A stretch of DNA of 64,000 bases, from positions 21,886,001 to 21,950,000 of the forward strand of contig NC_082731.1 in NCBI RefSeq assembly GCF_030144855.1, read 5' to 3'. Below, one piece after another: positions 25,225 through 37,383 of this stretch. This DNA is from Hypanus sabinus (lineage: Eukaryota). A program made the translations under genes and the position numbers. Under the pieces are notes generated by a model. It was not told the DNA's origin. It searched no databases and saw only the letters and a program-made list of their open reading frames with translations. The stretch's first letter is position 1; the number at the start of each line of letters is the position of its first letter.

Positions 25225-26849
25225 CTGCGAGCAAGACTAACTTACAAGAGTCTAAATGTATATTGAGACAAACCTTGTCGTAAATCTTGCACTAATTCAC
25301 GATTCAATCTGTACTCAAATTATGCGGAGTAGACACTCACTTACACTCTAACATCAGGAAAATAACTGAAGGGGAAGTTAGAATGAAATTGGTGCTGTAA
25401 TCTTATCAAATTGGTACAGGTCGTTATATTGACCTGCTGAAAATTCCTGTAATATTTAATTTTGGAGTGTTGTGCCTGATCCCTTAGTATTTATGTGTTG
25501 GAACCAATTCAGCCGAGCTCTCTGACGCATCAATTCTCATTTTCCGTTAAAAGTCTCTGAGGGTAAAAATGCCAAGTCTGGTTTCATATCGGTTTGTTGA
25601 TTTTTTTTTGTGACTTCTGCCTTGTGTCCTATTTTATATTAATTTCCAAGCGGTACTAGCTTATTTCATTCACCAGAAAAAAAGATATTAGCGCTAAGTA
25701 GGATTTTTTTGTCATATATGATAATAATGTAATTCACAGAACAATACCTCTGTTTAGTGGCGAGCATGGAATTCAATTTCCATGTTCTGCAGGATAGTTA
25801 GCGCTCATGGCCTTATCTGTGGTGTAACCTGCCGGGCACCGGTTCATAACAGTGGTACACGATGAGAATATTCCTCACTCCGATTCATTCAATGTGTACA
25901 ATTTATTATTCACAGATATAATATTATACGCAGATATAATAATATGATTTCATCTCAAAGGAAATTAACGGCCAGGTTAACAGCCTGAAACGTTCCAAAG
26001 TCATATTGGCTGGGTGAAAGGAACCATGCCATCTACAATAATAAATCATGTTAGGAATGGGAAAGAAAGGACCCTTCCATTCATAGCCCACGTGGTGGAA
26101 TGATGCTTCTAACCAGTGGAAAATGTATCTGAAAATGCTTCACACACTATCACTGTGGATATATAAGGAAATCCTTCATATGTTCTGTTCTGAATGCAAA
26201 CTTGCATTAGAAAATTTTGTAAATGGACTACCAATGTGGACTAGTGAGAACATTTTCTCCACTATGGTCACCATGTTAGTCAGCAAAATGACATGTCAGG
26301 AAATCATAGCAGGGATATTATCTGGAAAGCAAAGCAAGCTGAAATAACTGATGCTATTTTAGTCGTTGCTTCAAAAACATTTGACAATTTACACGGAATA
26401 ACTGATCTCCTATTTATTTATTAATTGATTCGCTTCACTTATTCTGTTCTCGTTCGTCGTTCTCTCTTCCATTTGTGATTTTCTCAGCGCTTTTATAAAG
26501 GAAGTGCAAAAGTGTTGTGGGGCTATGTAGAAAGTTTGCAGAATACTTTCATAACTATGCAGCACGTTTAACTTCAGGTATAACTAAATATGTAAGAAGA
26601 ACAAAAAACAAGACCTGTTTTCTTTTGGGTAACGTTTCTGTCTGTCGTTCAAGGAAATAGGGCAAACGTTCAGAAGTTCAATCTTCAGGAATTTCTTCTT
26701 GACGGTTTAATGGTTCAGGTTCAGTCTAAGCTGGATGCCGAACTGAATATCCACAGATGTCGAGTCACATTTGTTTGAGCGTTCAGCTGGACTTGCTTCT
26801 TTTCAAATTCTGGCAGTAATCTTGCCTATAATTTCTCCTTTTTCATTAG

Positions 26850-27141
26850 GGAGTGGCCTTGCAGGCGAGGTATTCCAGTCACCCAGTTCTCTAACCGTCC
26901 AACTTGGAGACGCGGCACAGATCAACTGCATCGGCAATATCTCTGAAATATCTGCTATACACTGGTACAAAATGAGTCAAGGCAGGGAGCTGGAGCGGTT
27001 GTTATGCATCACAAGCAGCGGTAAAAATGCAGTTGGACGACTAGAGATCATGCTGAATGGTGTCAAAAAGCAAGGCTATTTGGCTATTAGGATAACGAAG
27101 ATGACGGATTCAGCCGTTCATTACTGTGCCCTCCAGATGCT
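26850..27141 (+). CDS. TCR alpha/delta-type V exon, open, plus strand; no intact leader found
   Basis: Acceptor tcattAG at 26848-26849, phase 1. Exon reads GSGLAGEVFQSPSSLTVQLGDAAQINCIGNISEISAIHWYKMSQGRELERLLCITSSG...TDSAVHYCALQM with no stops. Candidate leader 26590-26653 has TAA at codon 2 and GA in place of the GT donor. Confidence 0.85.
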
Positions 27142-27180
27142 CACGGTGGATATAATGTGAAGCACTGCTGTACAAAAACC
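27142..27180 (+). other. 23-RSS with consensus nonamer
   Basis: CACGGTG (27142-27148), 23 bp, then ACAAAAACC (27172-27180). Confidence 0.93.
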
Positions 27181-28149
27181 TCTACTCAGGCGTCTCTCAA
27201 TCTGCAGAATGTTAGTCTCTGCATGATAAGCAACTATTCCTTGCACAGAATGAAAATATTTACTTTTGATCTTATGTCAGTTCGTCATTTTGCATACTTG
27301 CAAGAAGAAAAAATGATTCCCTATTTAACCCTTTGGCCTCATTTCGGTACTCCGGGACTTAAGTTTCGTCACAAATCTTTCGTCTTTCTATCCACCTCAT
27401 CTCCAAGTGTTTGTACCGTCTTACAACTTACTCCATAACAATAAAAGTACCAATTTTAACGAGATTACTGATAATAGCTACATTTGTGGGTGATATTTCC
27501 AATTCGTTGGGCTTAAAGTTCTGCAAGATATCGACAGAAAAACAATTCAGGTTGATGGAGATTAAGAGTGTGGAATTGTTGGCTTTGTATAACCACTGTA
27601 CTTGGCAAACTGTTTGGTCTGAGCATGTTCGATCACTGTATCACAGGCAGTGATCATTGATGCAGTAAATAAATAAAAAAAAACAATTTTCCGAATATCT
27701 GTTAATAATTGGAATTTTCTAGTCCAGAAACTTGAAGGAAGGTGATGTAAAAAATTCTGAGGAAGACCACTGAAGTTAAAATTTAAAGTGAGAAGGCAGT
27801 TGATTCCAAAAATAAGACGTGGTCTGATTGAACGTTGTAATTCTGGAAGCTGGAGTGCCTGTATATGTAACCTAACCCAGCTCTGAAATTTGTCTGTAAT
27901 CGTTTCAGGGCAAAGGTGACAATGACAGCAGGATTATTGTCGGCTAGCTACAAAGCTGTTGTTCATGTTAAGTAATCATAACCTGGGGTAAACGGTCAGT
28001 TTTCATTCTGCATCACTCTGGATTCTGCGATACATCCAAAAAATGGCTCGTACAGCAGTCATGTGGGCTCCATTGAACTGCAAAGCCAATTTTTTGATGC
28101 AAGATACAGATCAGCTCGGGAAGGTAAATGCAAACCAATATTGCGTAAG

Positions 28150-28415
28150 AAGTTTTAATATGAACACCAACTGGTTTCAAAATTCGTGCCACATTGCAGA
28201 ATAAATACGCCATTTGTGCCTATATTCAGGACGGTGCTTTTCTAATTCATGTAGACTAGGCAGAAAACGTATGGTGGGAGATTTTCTAGGATGTTGATAA
28301 TTTATAATCTGATACTGCACCACCACGTGACGCTCAGTGAGGACCTTTACTCTTATTGCTGATGTCGCTCCTGGGTCAATTAAGTATACGATATCCGATT
28401 GAAACAGAACATATT
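28150..28415 (-). pseudogene. Possible V relic with degenerate RSS
   Basis: VLFQSDIVYLIDPGA..., NYQHPRKSP and AYLFCNV, followed by CACGAAT, 23 bp, TTAAAACTT (28188-28150). The W-to-C distance is short. Confidence 0.3.
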
Positions 28416-29749
28416 CTTTGAATTCCATTCGTTGACGACATGTACCGGCGTGCATGGACAAAGCTTCGAGCGATGTCTGATCTCAGCAGCTACTTGTGTC
28501 TGACGGTAAGAGATAAGCGCGTATTTCCTCTTGCTTCCGTTTTCTGATATTATTTACCCGCTGTTTGGAAGTAATAAATCATAAATATGTCCGTGCAACA
28601 TCGTTAACATCTTCTTTCTACACTGGTGCACACAGCCGAGTTTCATATTTTTTAAATTCCTCAATTTAGATGTCTTCCAGTGCTGGTCTGTTTTCCAAAG
28701 GACTGCAGTTTATATTTTATCTCACGCTGTCACACCTGAATAGTGGATGTTACTTCTCATATTGCTGAAACTGTTCTCTCAAATGTCAAATGGAGCTGTT
28801 TTAAGATCCGATTTAACTTTGCTGAGGCAGGTGCAACAAAAAAAAATCATAAAGAAAAACTCATATTACCTCTCTGTGATAGTGCTCTGCAACTTTATGC
28901 ATCTACTGCTTAATTATTTCGGCTTATTTATTTTTTTCATCACTCTCTTTCTCAGTGAGCTTGTGCCCTGGAAATACCCACCTATCCAATTTAATCAAGC
29001 GTCCTGTTAGTTACGGCAGTTCTTTTTCCTCGTCTTTAATATGTATCCCATCGATATCTGAAATACAAGGAAAATAGCTGATGTGTTTATAGTGACATTA
29101 CGTTCACCCATCTCCTTCAAGCACCTTCTCTGGCACTATATACTCTTCCTTTCCAAGACGATTCATTAATCATCTGTGGGTTGGTTTTCCTCGTACTATG
29201 TTAGACAACCAAGCTGGGGTGAGCAAGTAGAGGCAGCTGACAATGAGGACTGCGATCCAACTGTTAAAGGCCGGGCATTGGGACAGATTTTTTTTTTCTG
29301 AGTTGAAGTACAACCAATAAGCAAGAGGTGGTGCGGAAGAAATGCAAACTTTCATCCCTTCATAATAAAAAAAAACAGAATATCGCCGCATTTTTACCTG
29401 AGACGAATAATGAACGACAGAGGTGTTTTGAAAAGAGGACAATTTCAGTCAGCAGATTTTAAGTGCAGAACATCGCGGCAGTTTTTCCGAGTTGAGACGC
29501 GATCACGTAACAAGAGATTTTCATTGGAAGGGGCCAATTAAATGGAACAGGTGCCGGCGAATGGTCTTTTCTAGGGTGCGCCGTTGTTTACCGTAGTTTT
29601 AGCTCATCATATGGAGGCAAGATCAGACTTGGGGTTGTGGCGTATTTTGTAAGTTTATCTCATTTGTTCTTATTTGTACATTCCTCTTCTGTTGGGAAAT
29701 ATTTTTTTTTCCGTGATAATGAATCCAGGGGCTGGGTTTAGTACCTTGA

Positions 29750-30520
29750 GTGGGAAGTCTGGGTAACAGTTTCCTGTACAAACACGTCGACACCAGGTGC
29801 ACAGATCTTCTGCTGAGAGATCGTTTTCTGGAATTGGAGTTGCAGCTCAATGCCGTTCGACAAGGAAGAAAAAGTAGGCGATATGCAGTAGCTATAGCGA
29901 AGTAGTGACTCCAAGATTGAAGAAGACAGTTAACTGCGTGACTGTCAGAGGATGTGGAATGGTGAGTCAATGTGGAATAGACCTAGTCCATTTTCCTCAA
30001 GACTTTAAATAACATTTAGTTGGGAAAATATCCCGTGGAGCCAAAACTACCGGCTGACTGTCAAAACGTCTGACGTTGTAGCTCAGCCAAGGAGTTACAT
30101 GAAGTGTATTGCTGTGATTGCAGTAGATTCCATTGTAAGTGTCACAAAAACGATTTTCAGTGGTTACGATAGAGACACCATAATGGTATGTTGTTTCGTT
30201 GGTGCCCGAATCACCAATGTCTTGGATTGGGTCCATGACATAATCAACGGCTTAGGTGAACAGTCTTGCTACATGTTGGCATCAATGTCAAAAGTAGACA
30301 AACCTAAGATAGTCCTGAAGAGAGATTTTATGGAACTAGGCAGAAAGATGAGAAACATTAATCCTAACCTGGTATTCTCTCGATTGCTAGATATCTCAAA
30401 GAGAGGCAGCATGAAAAAGGAGACGGTGTTAATAGGGTAAACGTGCAATTATTGTGATGCGTTGCAAAGTACAAGGCAAACAAAATTGAACAGGTTTGGA
30501 AGAGCATTTCTTTTTCCATA
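29750..30520 (+). mobile_element. CR1 ORF1 relic (zinc finger/coiled coil and SGNH esterase)
   Basis: CTDLLLRDRFLELELQL...SYSEVVTP at about 29790-29915. ORF 30099-30440 reads VDSIVS...GYDRDTIMVCCFVGARITNV...GEQ, corresponding to the GDSIVR...VCCLPGA esterase. Confidence 0.8.
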
Positions 30521-33500
30521 CGAGAGTCCGGTGCAGCTATTCTTTTTGAGACTCTTTACTTACGTGACATGGAGAGCCGTCCGTCAGGAGTGCAATGATT
30601 CTGGTTACAATCAATACACCGCCCTACTAATAGCTTACTCTAACGGGTATGGCTTGATCTACCTGTCCATAAATGGTATTATTCGAAGTAAGCTGCAGGG
30701 CGGAACACAGCTGATTCATAGAGAGTTACATTGTAGAGCAGTAGACCAGACGGCAGCAGTACTATTTTCTGCTACACCAGACTTTAAGCAATGCAAGAGA
30801 CACATTCAAATAGGCTCGCGAATGAGTTTAATTATCCCTGTTGCCTAAGTCTGCCAAGTCTCCTTCCTTTTGACCATTCGGTTCAATTCTCCTCCTGCAT
30901 GGTAGTGGATTCATAGGAAGAGGTGGAGGGCGGATGATGTGCGCATTTCCAATTAGGGTTTCTCATCATACCCAGGATTGTTGTTTTGTCCCTTGACGTG
31001 TAGCTCCGGTCCCCTGGTTAATGTTGTAAAGATAACGCTCCCGGAGGGATGCACGAAGCAAGAGGTCTGGAAAGCGCTTTGCATTTTAATAAAATAGCAC
31101 CACGATTATTCAGAGGAATAAAATGATAGCAATGGACCTTTGTTGCGTAGGAGTTCAATAAAGGTGTGCCACCCTACTTGCAGGTTATACTCATGGAATT
31201 CCTCACCCGTATCCGGAATTCATTCTAAACTTTCACAGCATTGTCCGCTAGATTGATGATAGTCTCAGATTCAACTGGGAAATAGGTGCAACGTTGATGA
31301 CCTATACCCTTGATAACTCCACGTTTTTCGCCGAGAATATGACGATGGCCATCCTGTTCTGCAAAACACTCCAACTATTATGTCTTCTATGATTCCACTC
31401 TAGCTATCACCGCTTCTGTTTCCTCACCTAGCTAGCTTCTCAAGCCTACCTGATTTTAATGCTGTGCCCATAAGTCTGCGCTCACTTTATGGATGTTGGT
31501 AGGTCCTGCTCATTGGGGCTGATAACTAGATATATTCCTCTTCTCGCAGGTGGCAAACATAATACTGCCGTTTTGGAGTTCAGGAAGTCTATCCCTGCTG
31601 CTAATTAGGGATCGAGTGGTCCAGCACTCTTTTAACTATGAAAACTAATCCTTCAGCGGGAAATGAGCTTTCAAGGCTAAAGAAACATGATGCGACTGTA
31701 TTAGTAGCAATCATTGTGTGGGCAAGTAAAATGCCAGGGTATAAATTGACTTGTCAGCTAGTCCATAGGGGCCATAGGCGAGCTGGAATTTGACCTCCGC
31801 TCCGGCCATGAAGTCTCGCAAGTAATATAGAGGAGCACCTGTAAATCGCTGGCCGGCGTATTTAATAGTTTTCACCTCTGAGTAAGCGAATTATGAATCG
31901 CCACTTGTTTATTAATTGGTTCAATGGAGTTGCTCGATTTTATTGCGCATCTGAGCACTGGTTTATAGTTTTTAAATAGAGGCAGAGCCACGGTTATCCT
32001 GCGTAGTGACAGGTCCCTGCCCCACGGTTCTATCAGACAGTCAATCACACCCTTCTGGTGAAAACTGGAACCACCATGAACAGACATTCCGTCCCTGCAC
32101 GTTAGCTCCGGCAAAATCTGGCACAGGAGCAGGAGACAGTACAGGGCAGTAGTCACTAAAGCCACGACCTTGTCCAGCTGACCGTACAAAAGTCTTTTGT
32201 ACAATCACACTAGCATTTCAATAACGGCCATATAAATCACTAGAAATTGTAACTGATTACTAGCCGATCACTGATTCGTACCAGACCTATCAGCTAACGA
32301 CCCCAGGGGATCAAGCGGGTGGCCCTAAATAATTGTGTCCTTTTTTGTTTTGGAATTATCTTCTCCGTGGCCTTATTCATTGCAGCCTTCCTAGTCGGAT
32401 CAATGGAACTTCGTTCCTGTGAACGTCACTGTTAATTTTTCCGATCGGGTAGGCATGAGCAGAGATTTAGGGACCGGGTTTCCCATGTTAACAAATACAT
32501 ATATTTTTACTTATTAATATTATATGTTCACTTTTCTATTCAAACGGTGCTACCATATAGGAAAAGCTGGGTCCATTGCTTACTAATGTATTCAATCTAT
32601 ACTGTTTGGCTTTATTGTTCAAACAATGTTTTCGTTACATTTCTATGCTCTTGTCCATACTTATGGACGGATTGATGCATTTAAACTGAGTTATGTAAGT
32701 AGACAACGGTTTGTCTTTTTTGTTATCGATAGAAACATTACGTATGTTCAAGGTCTTGCCTATAATTGACCAATGCACAATTGTTTCCAACAGACTCACG
32801 TTCTTGGATTCATCTTCATAATAATATATGGTATATTGACCTGGCTTTGTACATGTTGCCTCTACAAAATGCCGTTGGTCTCCTTCATGTAAGGCCGACT
32901 GATTTTAATAAATTGCCAGCATTTTGACAATAGAATTGCATGAAACCGAGATCTCTTTGAAAGCCAGAGGGATTCCAGACCCCGCTCTTCATTGAGCAGG
33001 AGTCTGACGTATGAGTTCCTGCTGCTGAACAGCTGCTCCAGGGCTATAAGCGCACATGGAAACGAGTCACATTTCGAAGCGCAGCAACAAAATTCAAGGC
33101 AGTTTGATCCACTTCGTAGACAGCAAGACTATCTCAGGCAAGGTAGGAGGTCTGCTTGGTATCAAGGGATCTTCCTTTGAAAGTCGAGAGCCGGAAAATG
33201 GCTCCGAGCTACGTAAAACCGTTTGTAGCGGAAACTTTGTCAACAAGGTGGCCTACAGATTGCGTATACCAGCATCACTGATGGTCCTCCCAGTATTTCG
33301 TGTTTCCCAGCTAAAAACGTCTATTACCTCTCCCTCAGCCCAATATCCCCACCACCCCCTTCTGCCCGCCTCGCCCATGGCTCCCTTGTCTATACGGTGT
33401 GGCGCCTCCTGGCATCTAACCCGTTACGTGGTAAGGTCCAGTACCTTGCGGATGGTAAAGTTTAAGGGCCAGAAGAACGTACTTGAATCCCGCCGAAGGA

Positions 33501-33550
33501 CATTTTGTTGGAACACAGCAGGGAAGGCAGCATCTATAGGGAGAAGCGCT

Positions 33551-33585
33551 GTCGACGTTTCGGGCCGAGAACCTTCGTCAGGTCT
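33551..33585 (-). ncRNA. Minimal type I hammerhead ribozyme motif (stem I mismatched)
   Basis: Minus strand GAC-CUGACGA-AGGUUCUCGGCCC-GAAACGUC-GAC. The core is intact but the 5' stem I strand is GAC instead of GUC. Confidence 0.55.
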
Positions 33586-34272
33586 AACCGAAAGGAAAGA
33601 TAGTAAGATATTTGAAAGTGTTGGGGGGAGTTGGAATGCGAAATGATAGGAGAAGACCGAAGGGGGTGGGATGAAGCTAAGAAATGGAAAGGTGATTGGC
33701 GAAAGTGATATGGAGCTGGAGAAGAGAAAGAATCATAGGACGGGAGGCCTCAGGAGAAAGAGAGGGAGGGGACATCAGATGGGAATGGAGAACAGGCAAA
33801 CAACTAAATATGTCAGGGATGGGGTAAGAAGAGTAGGAGCGGCATTAACGGAATTTAGAGAAGTCAATATTCATGCCATCAGGTTGGAGGCTACCTAGCT
33901 GTAAGAAGGTGCTGTTCCTACAACCTGAGTTTGGATTCATTTTGAAATTAGAGGAGGCCATGGATAGAAATATCAGAATGGGAATGGGATGTGGAATTAA
34001 AATTGTGGCCACTGGAAGATCCTGCTTTTTCTGGCGGACCGAGCGTAGGTGTTCAGCGAAACGGTGTCCCAGTCTGCGTCGGGTCTCAACAATATATAAA
34101 AGGCCACACCGTGAGCACCGGACGCAGTATACCACACCAGCCGGCTCACAGGTGAAGTGTCGCTTCACCTGGAAGGACTCTCTGGGGCCCTGAATGGTGG
34201 TCAGGGAGGAAGTGTAACGGCAGGTGTAGCTTTCAAATCTCTTACTATCTCTTCCTATCTTTCTATTCGATT

Positions 34273-34308
34273 AGTCCTGACGAAGGGTCTGGGCCCGAAA
34301 CGTCGACA
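34273..34308 (+). ncRNA. Minimal type I hammerhead ribozyme motif
   Basis: AGUC-CUGACGA(34277-34283)-A-GGGUC/GGCCC stem II-GAAAC-GUC(34302-34304)-GAC. Stem I pairs GUC/GAC; stem III has no loop (ACGU palindrome), as in PLE minimal hammerheads. Confidence 0.65.
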
Positions 34309-36909
34309 GCGCTTGTCCCTGTAGAAGTTGACTGGCCTTCTGTGTTCCACCAGCATTTTGTGTGTGCTGTTGTTTGAACTTCCAGCATCTGCAGATTCCC
34401 TTGGGTTTTAATGACATTTTTAGACAGGACGTTCAGCCGGGACTTCAAGCGGGCATAACTACGCTTGGCTGCCTGCATAGCACCAAGCCTACAGAATTAG
34501 ACTGACTCTGAAGACTAGCGGTATACGTTTAATTCGTGGACGTTCCTTGCACTGGCAGATTGAGCTTCGTTCATAATTTGAGGGTTTTATCTGCAGTTTC
34601 ATTTGGTCTAGAGTTTATTGTGTTCTTTTCCCTTTAACACTGCTCGCATTAAAGTCTGTGAATTATCTACCAGCTTCAGTTTCTTCCACTGCGCACTTGG
34701 GACATGTCCGCACCGGGAGACATATAGAACCCCGATTTTCCAATTCTCTACCACTTCCCTATGTAATGCACAAAATAACATAACATTACTTGTCATACTT
34801 GGTCCTGTGCCCATCGTCCGCCCATCCATACTCCGTACCTGAATATGCACACCTTCGTCTACATACTCCAACCTTTTCAAGATTGTTCCGCTACACATTT
34901 GGGAGCACTGTTGGCCTATATTAAATAAGGCACTATTTTTTTAGATTGCGGTCACTGCTGCAGTCAGATCTATTATCATAGTAGATATTAATTTCAAATC
35001 CTCTGACTGGTGATCACTACGGTTGATTATTGGTGCTAGGACAACCAACCTGCAAAGGGCATCAGTGACTTCCTCTAAAGTGTTCCATTCCACCCGGGGC
35101 TTTAAATCCCCTTGAATCAGGCAACGATGCAGATTCTAACTGTCGCTGCTACACTTTTTCTTTTACATAACGTGCTTTAAATCTATTTCACTTATGAGGT
35201 TTTGACCACTTCATGATTGAACAATATGTTTATCATGAAAACCCCGAAGCCAATGCTTAGTTTCGTTGTTCAAGTCACTTTTTTTAAATTGACGAGGCAT
35301 CGATCAGTCGCAGGTACTCTTCGAATTACAATACTTACGTCACTTCCAGTCTCAAAAATATAATACTACACCATATTAAATCATGATATTTCATATTTAT
35401 GGTTCTTTGCCTGAAATAGTGATCATTCTATATAGTCTACATTTTTACATATTATAGCAGTCAGTGTTCCAGCAGATAAAATTACTTATATCAAAATAAC
35501 ACCCCGCAAAAAAAAACTTTCTTTATGCATATTTTCCCAATTTACAGTTGCAGTGTGCGCTGACAAATTACTGAACACTGTGCTAAGAAACAACAGTTTA
35601 CCGTGAGATAGAGAGCAAAGTATATTTGTAGGAAATTGCAACAGATCCTTGGTGGCCAGAGCGAGCTATACTGTGAGTTGAAGGGCACTCGATACAAAAG
35701 GGTTTCGCAGTCATCGCTGATCAGGATCTGTTATACATAATAATAGAAAATAGAACAGCATTGTTCGTCAAAAAAAGGCATACACCACAGTGCCCAACGG
35801 TTTTAGTTGAAAACAGTCTGAAAATAAAGGCAGGATCCTTTATTACCTTCTCAGGCACTATTTCAGGAAGGAAAATAGCTCTCTGTTTCTCGAACAATTT
35901 AACAGCGATTTCGCGCAAGAACATTTTACAAAGAGATATCGGTGCTAACGTTGCACAGTGCACTTTTGAATCCGCAGTGGTTGAGATTCATTTTATAAGA
36001 TATCTAAAAATCGGTTGACATCACTTTAATTTCAATATCATATAATGATGGCGTGGCATGATCTTTGCATGCTATATTATTATTTGCATATCACGGTCTT
36101 TCGACTGTTCGTTTCACTTGCTTTTTTGGCAAGCCTTAACACTAGCCTATATTTAATCAAGGAAAAACTCTCTGTGTTCATGTTGCCCATTTGCTGTTAA
36201 GTTGTCTTGCCGGTTTCTGTTACATGCCACCTAGACTCATTTGTACCACAACAGCTCGACACTGTTTACAGATCCATATACCATACCTCTAACATTTAAG
36301 ACAGTAACTATTATTTTAAATCGTCCTGATTTTGTATGATTCGTTAGTTCGCTATGAAATTATCAATGTCCTGTAATATGCAGTTAGACCCATTGCTTTC
36401 TCGCCGCATGGTGCTTTTGAGACAGCATGCCATTTTTAAAGTACCATGATTTCACAACAATATTATGAATGGTGTTAATGTTATTTCCTGAAACGTGAGA
36501 TGACAGCTGTGCAATTTGCAGCAAAGAAGATACAACGATCCCTCTGTAAACTTCTTCCAAGTCCAAGTGGATCAAATGGAACTAACAAAGGTCAGCTGCA
36601 AATTAAAATCTATTTTCGCCCTGTACAAGTGCACTAACATTTGTCATTTGTGATTGTGGTGTCAGAATGCTTCAAGGTTAGATTGCATTTCCGTCCCTAC
36701 ATAAGGTAAATTATCATGTAAAAATGCAATGAAAATATATGTCTGAATACTTGAAATTTCAACACAATAGCATATATTGGCTAAAGATAAGCGTGTCCGC
36801 TCACAGTCTGCATCCACGCTAATGCTAGGGAACTGGGCTTATCTTTGAAACAGCGAACAATAATAACAATGGGCGATTGTTATTTCTTTAGTCGTGTGAA
36901 TGATTATAG

Positions 36910-36948
36910 ACATATAATCCTCAGTCAGACGAGCTCTATGGCATTGTG
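36910..36948 (-). other. Degenerate 23-RSS
   Basis: CACAATG (36948-36942), a 23-bp spacer similar to that of the 50.4-kb V, and a nonamer position reading ATTATATGT. Confidence 0.5.
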
Positions 36949-37383
36949 CGCCACAGAATTCATAATACATGGCAATGTCTCTTAGATGTGTTTTAGATAG
37001 CGTTAGTACAACCATTGCCCTCCATTCATTCAGTTGTGCTATCAATCATTGTCCGAGAATATTCTTTCGGTGGCCGTCGTAATTTTTACAGAGCAATAGA
37101 AACTCCAAGGATTCTCCGGGATATTAACAGTACCAGTTTTTAATAGGGTTGCTCGTGCTTGTAATTCCGAGGTTACAGTTCAACAGTGCATTTTCCCCTA
37201 CCACGACTGCGGTGACATTAGAGAACTGGTAAACGGCATTGCCTCGGCAATACCTCGAAATAGTTCGAAAAATATCTGAATATTTCAGTCGGAGATAATC
37301 AATATCCTGCACGCATACCTCCGAAACACACCCTGTAGCCTTAGTGCTAGATGGATACGAAGGAGAGGGGCGCGTGTTCGCAT
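36949..37383 (-). pseudogene. TCR alpha/delta-type V pseudogene (leader 37383-37332; V exon about 37254-36949)
   Basis: Open leader MRTRAPLLRIHLALRLQ-G with donor GTGTGT; acceptor damaged. Exon reads YCRGNAVYQFSNVTAVVVGENALLNCNLG...NWYC*YPGESLEFLLL...GQ*LIAQL...LRDIAMYYEFCG, with two stops. Confidence 0.88.

Larger units (their letters stand above)
33507..34412 (-). mobile_element. Penelope-like element: 5'-truncated GIY-YIG ORF, 3' pseudo-LTR, inverted partial pseudo-LTR at the 5' end, 8-bp TSD
   Basis: ORF 33845-34168 reads FTCEPAGVVYCVRCSRCGLLYIVETRRRLGHRFAEHLRSV...LGSLQPDGMNIDF. Inverted repeats at about 33509-33618 and 34230-34350. GACATTTT occurs at 33499-33506 and 34413-34420. Confidence 0.9.
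32935..34470 (+). mobile_element. Ty3/gypsy (chromovirus-like) integrase C-terminus plus chromodomain, split by a Penelope insertion
   Basis: GFQTPLF..., VNKVAYRLRIPASLMVLPVFRVSQLK (GPF/Y module), then YTVWRLLAS...RGKVQYLADG..GPEERT*IPPKDIL up to 33506. It resumes DIL|DRT...DFKRA after 34413. Confidence 0.8.

Noticed and set aside
25187-25225. CACAGTG at 25187-25193 as a plus-strand RSS
   Set aside because: No nonamer at either spacing. Other isolated heptamers (825, 35786, about 48.6-49.0 kb, 57.1 kb) fail the same test.
31872-32204. KRLLYGQL motif suggesting an L2/RTE C-terminus
   Set aside because: A single short motif with no flanking RT similarity.
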